Assembly: GCA_017551665.1 (NCBI GenBank) | Contig: JAFZLB010000104.1 | Coordinates: 9,860-73,859, forward strand | From: Lachnospiraceae bacterium | GTDB lineage: Bacteria; Bacillota; Clostridia; Lachnospirales; Lachnospiraceae | DNA length: 64,000 nt | Direction: 5' to 3' | In this document: in pieces, positions 27,240-35,580 of the stretch | Position numbering within the stretch: position 1 is the stretch's first letter | Layout: each line of letters begins with the position of its first letter | Translations under genes and position numbers: made by a program | Notes under the pieces: model-generated | The model's database searches: none | The model's input: the letters and a program-made list of their open reading frames with translations, nothing else | Told to the model about the DNA's origin: nothing

Positions 27240-27432
27240 GGAATACAGCGCTGCGAGATGCGCAGCATGAGCGGCGCGAATTCCGAATGGCTGTAGGGCG
27301 CACGACGTCCGGGGGACGTCGGCTCTGCGCCGACCGAAGCGGAGCGTAGACAGCGGGAGTGCGAAGCACGGAGTAATCCGTATCGTGCGTCGGAGTGGTG
27401 GGATTCACCTTTAACAGACATGAGGAATACAG
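27229..27432 (+). repeat. 164-nt GC-rich hairpin-rich insert bounded by perfect 20-bp direct repeats AACAGACATGAGGAATACAG
   Basis: DR1 at 27229-27248 contains the ftsY stop codon. DR2 at 27413-27432 ends 1 nt before the ilvA ATG. Confidence 0.8.
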
Positions 27433-27433
27433 A

Positions 27434-28651
27434 ATGACAGACTTCATACTGCAACAATTTGAAAACGCGGCCACGGCCGTTGCCCGCGTCACGTTGGAGA
27501 CAAAGCTGATTTACAGTGATTACTTAAGTGAGCTGACCGGCGGACGCGTGTTTCTGAAACCGGAAAACATGCAACGCACCGGCGCGTACAAGCTCCGCGG
27601 CGCTTACTACAAAATCACGCGCATGACGGACGAGGAACGCAGCCGCGGTCTCATTACCGCTTCGGCAGGAAATCACGCGCAGGGTGTTGCCTACGCGGCG
27701 CAGAGCTACGGCGTAAAAGCCGTGATCGTCATGCCGGAGGGCACGCCGCTCATCAAGGTCAACCGCACAAAGGGTTACGGCGCGGAAGTGATTCTGTACG
27801 GCGATGTCTACGACGAAGCCTACGACTACGCCTGCAAACTCGCCGAGGAAAAGGGGTATACCTTTGTGCATCCCTTTGATGATCCCGATGTCGCGATCGG
27901 GCAGGGCACCATCGCTTATGAAATCGTGAAGGAACAACCGACGGTGGACACAATCGTCGCGCCGGTCGGTGGCGGCGGCCTGCTGCTGGGTGTCGCTGCG
28001 CTGGCAAAGCTGATCAACCCGAGAATCCGCGTCTTCGGCGTGGAACCGGAAGGCGCTGCCTGTCTGAAAGCGTCCTTCGAAGCGGGCCATGTCGTGACCT
28101 TGGAACATGTCAACACCATCGCGGACGGCACGGCGGTCAAGACACCGGGCGAGACGATTTTCCCCTCGCTGAAGGAACGCGTCGACGGGATCGTCACCGT
28201 GCCGGATGAAGAGCTTGTGGTCTCTTTCCTGGATATGGTGGAGAATCACAAGATGATCGTCGAAAACAGCGGGTTGCTGAGTGTCGCGGCCTTAAAGCAG
28301 CTGGATCTGAAAGACAGAACCGTTGTCTGCATTCTCTCCGGCGGTAACATGGACGTCATCACGATGGCCTCCGTGGTGCAGCAGGGACTGATCCGCCGCG
28401 ACCGCGTCTTCACGGTCTCCGTGCTTTTGCCGGATCGTCCGGGCGAACTGCACCGCATCTCCGGCGTGCTGGCCGAGGTCAAGGCCAATGCCATCCGCGT
28501 GGAGCACGACCAGTTTGTCACGATCAACCGCAACGCGGCGGTGGAAATCCGCATCACAATGGAAGCCTTCGGCACCGCGCACAAGGAAGAGATCCTGCAG
28601 GCGCTTCGCCGGAAAGGCTATGACCCGCAGGTCATCCGTACAACACTGTAA
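27434..28651 (+). CDS. ilvA: threonine ammonia-lyase (PLP-dependent) with C-terminal ACT-like domain
   Basis: NMQRTGAYKLRGA (PLP lysine), ASAGNHAQGVA, GGGGL. ATG at 27434 after GAGGAA. Confidence 0.85.
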   Translation: MTDFILQQFENAATAVARVTLETKLIYSDYLSELTGGRVFLKPENMQRTGAYKLRGAYYKITRMTDEERSRGLITASAGNHAQGVAYAAQSYGVKAVIVMPEGTPLIKVNRTKGYGAEVILYGDVYDEAYDYACKLAEEKGYTFVHPFDDPDVAIGQGTIAYEIVKEQPTVDTIVAPVGGGGLLLGVAALAKLINPRIRVFGVEPEGAACLKASFEAGHVVTLEHVNTIADGTAVKTPGETIFPSLKERVDGIVTVPDEELVVSFLDMVENHKMIVENSGLLSVAALKQLDLKDRTVVCILSGGNMDVITMASVVQQGLIRRDRVFTVSVLLPDRPGELHRISGVLAEVKANAIRVEHDQFVTINRNAAVEIRITMEAFGTAHKEEILQALRRKGYDPQVIRTTL

Positions 28652-28654
28652 TAT

Positions 28655-29773
28655 ATGATGGAGCAGAAAGAACAGCCGCAGGCAGCGGCGGCGGAAAAGA
28701 CAAAAAGAAAAAAGAAGAAGACGGGGCATCTGGTTCCGCTGGTGCTTCTGACGGTTGTTACCGTTGCCGCGCTGGGGGCGGCGCTGGTGTTTTACATGCA
28801 AAAGCAGCGGCTGACGGAAGAAAAGGCGGAGCTGCAGCGACAGATGGAAGAAGACTATCTTCCGCGCACGGAGCTGGACGGTATGCTGGAAGCCGCAAGG
28901 GACGGCGCGGTGCAGGAAGGTGTGCAGCAGGGGAAAGAAGAACTCCTGCAATACTTCTACGAAAAGATGTCCTCCGGCGAGCTCGGTCCGATGGACACGC
29001 TGCGCAGCTTAAAGCCTTCGCAGATCATTGTCGGCTATGGCGGCAAATATCTCTTCCATGACCTCGCGTCGGGGGCGGCCTTAAATCCCTATACCAAAAC
29101 AGACCTGATCTTGGATGACAGGGATCGCGTGATCTATGTGGGCGACGACGCTTCCGTGGAGGGTCTGTTCGGCATCGATGTCTCTGCCTTCCAGGGCGAG
29201 ATCGACTGGACAAAGGTGAAGGCGGACGGCGTGAAGTTCGCCATGATCCGCGCCGGCTTCCGCGGCTGGGGCAGGGCAGGCTCTTACAATGATGACGAGT
29301 ACTTTGAACGCAACGTGAACGGTGCTTACGCCAACGGCATCGAAGTGGGCGTCTATTGGGTCACCCACGCGATTGATACGGGCGAGGCCGCGGAGGAAGC
29401 GGAATACGTGCTGAATATGATCGAACCCTTCCGCGAAAAAATCACGCTGCCCGTCGTGCTGGATTTCGAATCGCCGGAAACGGCGGAAAACCGTATCTAT
29501 GATCTGACACAGGAACAGTGGACGGAAAACGCCCTGGTCTTTTTGCAGCGCATCGAAGAAGCCGGCTATCAGGCAATGTTCTACGGCAACCTCACGAACT
29601 TCGTTGTGCACATGGATGATACAAGGATTCTAAAGTACCCGGTCTGGATCGCCTGGTACAGCGTGCCGCTCTATTTTCCCTATGAATTCAGAATCTGGCA
29701 GTACAGCTATCAGGGACGCGTCGACGGCATCAAAGGCGACGTGGACTTGAACATCATGATCCGGAAGAAATAA
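28655..29773 (+). CDS. GH25 muramidase (lysozyme) with N-terminal TM anchor and coiled-coil linker
   Basis: GIDVSAFQGEIDWTKVKADGVKFAMIRAGFRG is typical of the GH25 catalytic domain. Confidence 0.8.
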   Translation: MMEQKEQPQAAAAEKTKRKKKKTGHLVPLVLLTVVTVAALGAALVFYMQKQRLTEEKAELQRQMEEDYLPRTELDGMLEAARDGAVQEGVQQGKEELLQYFYEKMSSGELGPMDTLRSLKPSQIIVGYGGKYLFHDLASGAALNPYTKTDLILDDRDRVIYVGDDASVEGLFGIDVSAFQGEIDWTKVKADGVKFAMIRAGFRGWGRAGSYNDDEYFERNVNGAYANGIEVGVYWVTHAIDTGEAAEEAEYVLNMIEPFREKITLPVVLDFESPETAENRIYDLTQEQWTENALVFLQRIEEAGYQAMFYGNLTNFVVHMDDTRILKYPVWIAWYSVPLYFPYEFRIWQYSYQGRVDGIKGDVDLNIMIRKK

Positions 29774-29808
29774 GATGGCATCACAGGATATACCATACCA
29801 AACCGTTG

Positions 29809-29895
29809 TGGTATGCGCTCATGGATGAGCCATACTACCGACCCGACTGTTTTGCGCTCCGCCATGGATGGCGGAGCAGGAGGGGAGTGTGGTAT
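29809..29895 (+). ncRNA. TwoAYGGAY-type structured RNA element, copy A
   Basis: Hairpin 1 GTATG(c)GCTC-ATGGAT-GAGCCATAC; hairpin 2 GCTCCGCC-ATGGAT-GGCGGAGC. Second copy at 61773-61859 shows compensatory stem changes. Confidence 0.6.
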
Positions 29896-29896
29896 A

Positions 29897-30910
29897 ATGT
29901 TTTCCATGACTCCCAAATTCGAAATCCCGCGTCCGGAGGACGCGAAGCATCTGCGCAAATATTTCACCATGCGTCCCTGCAGGGCCTGCGAGAGCGGCTG
30001 GATTGACTTTTTCATCTGGGCGGATTATTACCGCGTGCGTTATCATGCCGTCGAAGACGAGGCGCTGCTGGTCATTATGAAAAACGAGCGCGAGTATTTC
30101 GCGGCGCTGCCGTACTGCGCGGAGGAAAAGCTGCCGGAGTATTTCGAACTGCTGAAGCGCTTCTTCAATGATGTGCTGGAGCAGGCCTTCAAGATTTATC
30201 TCGCCGATGAGGAAGGGGTCATGGCGCTGCGTCTGAAGGATAACCCGGAGTACATCGTGCGTGAGGAAGCGGACTTCCGCGATTACATCTATGACGCGGA
30301 AGAGCTGCGCACGCTGCCCGGCAGGAAATTCCAGAAGAAAAGAAATCTCATCAACAAGTTTTGCAAGGAGTACGAGGGACGGTGGTCGTACCGGACGCTG
30401 CAATGCGCGGACCGCGCGGAGATTCTGTCCTTCCTGAACGAATGGTTCCCGAATCACGCCGAGGCGGACGCGGACGGCGCGACGACGCTGCGCTTTGAGC
30501 GGGACGGCCTGACCGGCGTGCTGCAGGACTGCTGTCACCTGACCTACCGCATCGGCGGCATTATGATTGACGGCAGGCTCCGGGCCTTTTCCCTCGGCAC
30601 CTACAACGCACGGGAGGAGATGGCCTGCATCAGTGTCGAAAAGGCGGACCCGGAGATTCCCGGGCTGTACCAGCTCATCAACCGCGAGTTTCTTCTGCAC
30701 GAATTTCCCGAGGCAAAGATTGTCAACCGCGAGGACGACATGGGGCTGCCGGGCGTCCGCCAGGCGAAGCTCAGCTACAATCCCGTCGCCTTCGAAAACA
30801 AATACATGGTCGTACAAAAAGAATTCCGGGGAGAAGCCGTGGAGGTTTTCGATCCCTTTGAAGACGAGGTCGCGCAGTTCGGACAAACAGGACGAAGCAC
30901 TTGCTGCTGA
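29897..30910 (+). CDS. DUF2156 domain protein (MprF C-terminal, aminoacyl-phosphatidylglycerol-synthase-like), soluble stand-alone form
   Basis: GRKFQKKRNLINKF, SVEKADPEIPGLYQLINREF, NREDDMGLPGVRQAKLSYNP match the DUF2156 pattern from memory. Start at MFSMTPKF. Confidence 0.75.
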   Translation: MFSMTPKFEIPRPEDAKHLRKYFTMRPCRACESGWIDFFIWADYYRVRYHAVEDEALLVIMKNEREYFAALPYCAEEKLPEYFELLKRFFNDVLEQAFKIYLADEEGVMALRLKDNPEYIVREEADFRDYIYDAEELRTLPGRKFQKKRNLINKFCKEYEGRWSYRTLQCADRAEILSFLNEWFPNHAEADADGATTLRFERDGLTGVLQDCCHLTYRIGGIMIDGRLRAFSLGTYNAREEMACISVEKADPEIPGLYQLINREFLLHEFPEAKIVNREDDMGLPGVRQAKLSYNPVAFENKYMVVQKEFRGEAVEVFDPFEDEVAQFGQTGRSTCC

Positions 30911-30941
30911 GTCCGTAAGAACACCTGCAGCAGCCGAGTGT

Positions 30942-30982
30942 CACATCCGGCCATCGCGAAGCGATTTCCATTGCCGGATGTG
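30942..30982 (+). other. nested intergenic hairpin (10-bp outer stem; inner ATCGC-GAA-GCGAT)
   Basis: CACATCCGGC...GCCGGATGTG perfect complement; no U tract. Confidence 0.5.
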
Positions 30983-31011
30983 AGGAATGGCTGCGACTGA
31001 AAGGAGTAGCC

Positions 31012-31878
31012 ATGAAGGCAGTGGATTTGCACACACATTCCACCTGCTCGGACGGCACGTACACACCGGAAGAGCTGATGGCCTACGCTGCGGAGAAAGG
31101 GCTGAAGGCGATTGCCCTGACGGACCACGACACGGTCGCCGGCATCGCGCCAGCCGCGGCATATATCAAGGAACAGGCGCTGCCCTTAGAGCTTGTGCCG
31201 GGCATTGAGCTTTCCACGATCTATGACCTGCCGGGCGAAGGAAGAGAGCAGGAGGTCCATGTCGTCGGCCTTTTTGTCGATACGGAAAACAAAGCGTTTA
31301 CGGACACGATCGAAGAGAACGCGAAAAGCCGCGTCGGACGGAACGCGGAGATCTGCGAAAAGCTGACGGCAGCAGGACTGCCCGTGACCTACGAGGAACT
31401 GGAAGAGGCCAATCTCGGCGCGGTTTTGACGCGGGCGCATATCGCAAAGCTCCTGCTCGCGAAGGGGTTGATTCAAACGAGGCAGGAAGCCTTTGACCGT
31501 TACATCGGCGACGACGGTCCCTGCTTTGTGCCGCGCAAAAAGGTCACGCCCTTTGAGGCGGTGGAGCTGATTCTTTCCGCGGGCGGCGTGCCGGTGCTGG
31601 CGCATCCCATGCTCTACAAGCTGACAAAGGCACAGCTCACGGAGCTTGCGAAGGAACTGAAAGCGGCCGGACTGGTCGGCATCGAAGCGGTGTATTCCAC
31701 GCACACACAGGAGGAAGAACGCTGTGTCCGCGCGATTGCGAAGGAAACGGGACTTCTCGTCAGCGGCGGCAGCGATTTTCACGGGGCGAACAAGCCGGGG
31801 CTGGACCTCGGCAGGGGTTACGGTTCGCTCTTTGTAGCGGAGAGCATTTTGGAGGAACTTAGGAGGAAAAAAGCATGA
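31012..31878 (+). CDS. PHP-domain phosphoesterase (TrpH/YciV-like)
   Basis: VDLHTHSTCSDG, ALTDHDT motifs. Confidence 0.8.
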   Translation: MKAVDLHTHSTCSDGTYTPEELMAYAAEKGLKAIALTDHDTVAGIAPAAAYIKEQALPLELVPGIELSTIYDLPGEGREQEVHVVGLFVDTENKAFTDTIEENAKSRVGRNAEICEKLTAAGLPVTYEELEEANLGAVLTRAHIAKLLLAKGLIQTRQEAFDRYIGDDGPCFVPRKKVTPFEAVELILSAGGVPVLAHPMLYKLTKAQLTELAKELKAAGLVGIEAVYSTHTQEEERCVRAIAKETGLLVSGGSDFHGANKPGLDLGRGYGSLFVAESILEELRRKKA

Positions 31879-32633
31879 TCAGAGTGTATCGAACGAAGGA
31901 TTATGACAGCATGAGCAGGCGCGCGGCGGACATCATTGCCGCACAGATCGTTTTGAAGCCGGAGAGCGTCTTAGGGCTCGCGACGGGCACGACGCCCATC
32001 GGCACCTACACCAACCTGCGCAAGCTCAATAAACAGGGTGTCATCAGCTTCGCGGAGGTGCAGACCTTCAACCTCGACGAGTATGTCGGGCTCGACGGCA
32101 CGGATCCCAACAGCTATCGTTACTTTATGAACACGAATCTCTTTGACCATGTGGACATTGACAAATCCAACACCCACATCGAGGACGGCACGACGAAGTC
32201 CCCGGCGAGGGAGTGCAAGCGCTATGACAAAATGATCCGCCAGATGGGCGGCGTGGATCTGCAGCTTCTTGGCATCGGCAACAACGGCCACATCGGCTTC
32301 TGCGAACCGGCGGAGAGCTTTTCGAAGGGCACCCATGTGGAGCAGCTGACGCAGTCCACCATCGAGGCGAACAGCCGTTTGTTTGAGCGCATCGAAGACG
32401 TGCCGACTTCCGCCCTCACTATGGGTATTGGTACCATCATGTCCGCACACAAGATCTTGTTGATTGCCTCCGGCAAGGCCAAGGCGGAAGCCATCCGCGC
32501 GACGCTCTACGGGCCCGTGACGCCGAAGGTGCCGGCATCGGTGTTGCAACTGCATCAGGATGTCACCGTGATTGCCGACAAAGCCGCACTGGCACTGTGT
32601 GAGAGCGAAAGTGACCGTTGGGTCATTGAGTAA
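31875..32633 (+). CDS. nagB: glucosamine-6-phosphate deaminase
   Basis: LGLATGTTP, NLDEYVG, GIGNNGHIGFCEP; 4-nt overlap with the upstream gene. Confidence 0.9.
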   Translation: MIRVYRTKDYDSMSRRAADIIAAQIVLKPESVLGLATGTTPIGTYTNLRKLNKQGVISFAEVQTFNLDEYVGLDGTDPNSYRYFMNTNLFDHVDIDKSNTHIEDGTTKSPARECKRYDKMIRQMGGVDLQLLGIGNNGHIGFCEPAESFSKGTHVEQLTQSTIEANSRLFERIEDVPTSALTMGIGTIMSAHKILLIASGKAKAEAIRATLYGPVTPKVPASVLQLHQDVTVIADKAALALCESESDRWVIE

Positions 32634-32772
32634 AATCATATTAGTATTAAAAAAGTATTATCCATAGATTTTTTGATATATTTGTGATAGACTAAACTGT
32701 TCCGGAAAAAAAGCCGAAACACAATATGTGGTTTTTGGAGAATGCTGTAATTTTTGTTCGGAGGCAGTAGGG

Positions 32773-35508
32773 ATGAGAGGGTTGATTCGGAAAGTGTGGA
32801 CCGTGCTTCTTGGCGCGGCACTTTTGACGTGTGCGTTTGGAAGTCATACGGTTTTCGCGGAAGATCTTCCGGGGGGAGATACACCTCAGCAAATCAACAG
32901 TGACGCGCAGCCCGCGGACGGCGATACACAGCCGGCCGACGCTGATCTCTTGCCGACGGACAATCTTCAGATCACCGTCGACCCGCAGCCGACGGATAAT
33001 TTTCAGAAGACCGTTGATTCTCAGCCGACGGAGGATCTTCAGAAGACCGTTGACCTTCAGCCGACGGACAACCTTCAGAAGACCGTTGACGCTCAGCCGA
33101 CGGACAACCTTCAGAAGACCGTCGATTCTCAGCCGACAGACAATCTTCAACTGACCGTCAATCCGCAGCCGACGGGTGATTCTCAGCCTACCGCAGACCC
33201 GCAGCCGACGGGCGATCTTCCGCCGGCAGGCGACAAGCTGCGCTCCGAGGATCCGCAGCAGGATCAGGAGCGGAAGGATCCGCCGGCGGCGCCGGATGAG
33301 ATTATCGCGGCGGAGGTCTATGTTCGTCTCGGCGGAGAACTGCCCGCCAACATTCAACAGGACGATTCCGCCGCGAACTATACCACGAAACTGTTTACGG
33401 TGCGTGTGAATCTCAGCGCGCTGGAGCGCCGGCTGAAGGCGGACGGTCTGTCAACAAATTACAAACCGCCTTACAACAGCAACTGGCGCTATTACAGCCA
33501 TGTAACGACCGGTGCGCCGGACCCGGCCGCGTTCTGGAACAATTATGTTCTGCCTTCCATTGAAGACGCGTCGGAACGGGCGCTCTTCGTCAGCAAGTTC
33601 CCGGAGGGCGGCTTCATCGGTTATGTACTGAAACGCGAGGCCTATGCGGGCTTTCATATTGACGGCATCGTGAAGGCGAAGACCGCGCCCCAGGATCCGC
33701 CCGTTTCGCCCCATTCGACGCCCGTCACGGCGGAGAATTATCCGCGGCTGGAGATCAGCACCAACGTCCGGAACGCGGCACGCTCCAACAAAACGCCGGA
33801 CCACGCGGATCTTGACGCAAGGGATGAAGTATTTACCTACGAACTGAAGACCGTCATCCCGAACGCGGACACGGCCGCGTGGATTGACCGGTTTTACATC
33901 AGCGATACGCTGACAGAGGAGCTGACCCTTGCGGGCGAAGTCATCGTCAGCGTGGACGGGCAGCGGGTTGCTTTCCCCGCACAGCATGTGGAACAGGACG
34001 GACAGATTCTGACCGTGGATCTGCCGAAGGAGTTCCTGGCAGCGAACACCGGAAAAGAGATCTGCGTCAGCTTCGGCGTAAGGATCAAAGACGGGGTTTC
34101 CCTTGCGAAATACGCGAACGCGGCAAACGGCGGACGCATCGAAGTGCCCAATTCCTGCTCCTACCATGTCTTGTTGCACCGGGAGGAAGAGCCCGGCGGC
34201 GCGAGGCGTCTGCCTTCGGAAAGAGAGCCGGATGTGAGCGAGTTTTCCGGCGTGGCGACGGTGACGCCGCCGTCCGCGGAGATCCGCCTGGAGGAAATGA
34301 TCAACGGCCGTAAAACGGACGGTTCGCCGGTGGTGCTTTCTTCGCGCTACGAAGAAGTGACTTACACGATCAAGGCCTATGTGGTGCAGCGTGCGGACCT
34401 GCGGACCCTTTCGATTTCCAACACCATCGCGGACGTGATGGAATTCCGCGGTGAGGTGGAGGTGCTCGTCGGCGGCATCCGCACGGAGGGGCTTTCACAG
34501 ATTTTCGACAAGACGGTGGTGGTGTCCGTGCCGGAGAAATACCTGACGGACGCCGCGCTGAAACAGCCGGTGACGGTCACCTTCCGCGCGGCCATTATCC
34601 ACGGCGTGGACCTGACTTCTTATATCGACGGCGGCGTGGACGGCGTCTGCATTTCCAATAACGCGTCCTGCCAGATCGCGCAGGGGGCTGCGCCCGTGCC
34701 GTCCAACGCGGTGCGTTTTATTCTCTCGGATCCGGGCATTGAGGTTTCGGTCAACAACGCGAAGAGCACCGTGCTGCAAAACCGGAACGAAGTCTTCACC
34801 TACGAAGTGCGGACCCGCGTGCCGGAGCGCGCGAGAATGCAGCGCTTTGCGGTGAGCGACCGCATCGCGGATGTGCTGGAATTTGTCGGAAATGTCAGCG
34901 TGACGGTCGGCGGATATGAGCTGAAAAACGTCGCGAGTGTTTCCGGTCAGGAGCTCAGGGTGACGCTGACCGGAGAGCAGCTCATGGCAAACCGCGGCAA
35001 GGCAGTGATCATCACCTTTACGGTGCGGCTGCGCAGCGACGCGGATGTTGCGGCGCTCGCGGCGGGGATTCCCAATGATGCCGTATACAGTATTGACAAC
35101 AAGACGGAAGCCAACTCCGCTACGGTGACGGTGACTGCCGCAGAGACTCAGCCCGGCGAAAGCACGGAGGCGTCTGCCGCAGAGACCGAAGAGAAAGAGA
35201 CGGCGTCCGCCGAAGAGGAAGAGACCAAAGCCGGAGACGACAGCACGGAAGCCGCGCCTGTCGAAGGGGGCAAGGCGAAAGACGCGGAGACCGCACCCGC
35301 CGGCAACGAAGACGACATGCCCATCGCGCGTGTGCTTGGTATGCGCAGAGGCGGGCAGGGAACGGAAGCGGAAAACTCCAGAAACGGACAGACCGGAGAC
35401 CCCAAGGATCTCCGGCCGCAGGAATCGTTTTTTGCCATGGCACTGATGGGACTGGCGGTGCTTCTGTCCTTCCACAACCCGAAGGAACGGGAATCATCTC
35501 GTCACTAA
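32773..35508 (+). CDS. cell-surface protein with three isopeptide-type (pilin D2-like) domains and a non-canonical C-terminal anchor
   Basis: Signal peptide MRGLIRKVWTVLLGAALLTCAFGSHTVFA. Domains of the pattern ..EVFTYE(L/V)..(V/I)P.......F.(I/V)SD.(L/I)..(E/V)LEF.G. C-terminus VLGMRRG...NGQTGD + TM + basic tail. Confidence 0.75.
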   Translation: MRGLIRKVWTVLLGAALLTCAFGSHTVFAEDLPGGDTPQQINSDAQPADGDTQPADADLLPTDNLQITVDPQPTDNFQKTVDSQPTEDLQKTVDLQPTDNLQKTVDAQPTDNLQKTVDSQPTDNLQLTVNPQPTGDSQPTADPQPTGDLPPAGDKLRSEDPQQDQERKDPPAAPDEIIAAEVYVRLGGELPANIQQDDSAANYTTKLFTVRVNLSALERRLKADGLSTNYKPPYNSNWRYYSHVTTGAPDPAAFWNNYVLPSIEDASERALFVSKFPEGGFIGYVLKREAYAGFHIDGIVKAKTAPQDPPVSPHSTPVTAENYPRLEISTNVRNAARSNKTPDHADLDARDEVFTYELKTVIPNADTAAWIDRFYISDTLTEELTLAGEVIVSVDGQRVAFPAQHVEQDGQILTVDLPKEFLAANTGKEICVSFGVRIKDGVSLAKYANAANGGRIEVPNSCSYHVLLHREEEPGGARRLPSEREPDVSEFSGVATVTPPSAEIRLEEMINGRKTDGSPVVLSSRYEEVTYTIKAYVVQRADLRTLSISNTIADVMEFRGEVEVLVGGIRTEGLSQIFDKTVVVSVPEKYLTDAALKQPVTVTFRAAIIHGVDLTSYIDGGVDGVCISNNASCQIAQGAAPVPSNAVRFILSDPGIEVSVNNAKSTVLQNRNEVFTYEVRTRVPERARMQRFAVSDRIADVLEFVGNVSVTVGGYELKNVASVSGQELRVTLTGEQLMANRGKAVIITFTVRLRSDADVAALAAGIPNDAVYSIDNKTEANSATVTVTAAETQPGESTEASAAETEEKETASAEEEETKAGDDSTEAAPVEGGKAKDAETAPAGNEDDMPIARVLGMRRGGQGTEAENSRNGQTGDPKDLRPQESFFAMALMGLAVLLSFHNPKERESSRH
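32950..33165 (+). repeat. in-frame 36-bp x6 tandem repeat (QPTDNLQKTVDx)
   Basis: Seen directly in the nucleotide and protein sequence. Confidence 0.9.
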
Positions 35509-35580
35509 GCTCGAAAACACCTCGCTAAGTGTCGAGATGTACATTCGCACGTAGGCGGACAAAGTACGTCCGCCAAGTGC

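Noticed and set aside
27249-27412. The ftsY-ilvA insert as a T-box or amino-acid attenuator leader for ilvA.
   Set aside because: There is no T-box sequence (..GGTGGTACCGCG-like), no specifier-loop layout, no terminator with a U tract and no leader peptide rich in Ile/Thr codons. The perfect 20-bp flanking repeats point to an insertion or duplication event.
29809-29895. The two-hairpin element as a c-di-GMP riboswitch. This was tempting because of the ACCGACC heptamer, the GGDEF genes and the pilus context.
   Set aside because: The conserved region starts only at the first hairpin. It lacks the P1/P2 and pseudoknot layout of class II and the GNRA/receptor layout of class I as I remember them. 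The AYGGAY hexaloops fit the TwoAYGGAY motif much better.
29808-29895. The TGGTAT direct repeat at both ends of the AYGGAY element as a target-site duplication of a MITE-like element.
   Set aside because: Both copies (29.8 kb and 61.8 kb) have the same terminal hexamer. It is more likely part of the element, or a pairing partner of CATAC, than a site-specific duplication. Independent insertions should show different duplications.
32950-33165. Regularly spaced repeats here, and at 38005-38151, as a CRISPR array.
   Set aside because: The units are contiguous without spacers, in frame inside long ORFs, and encode peptide repeats. No cas genes are present.
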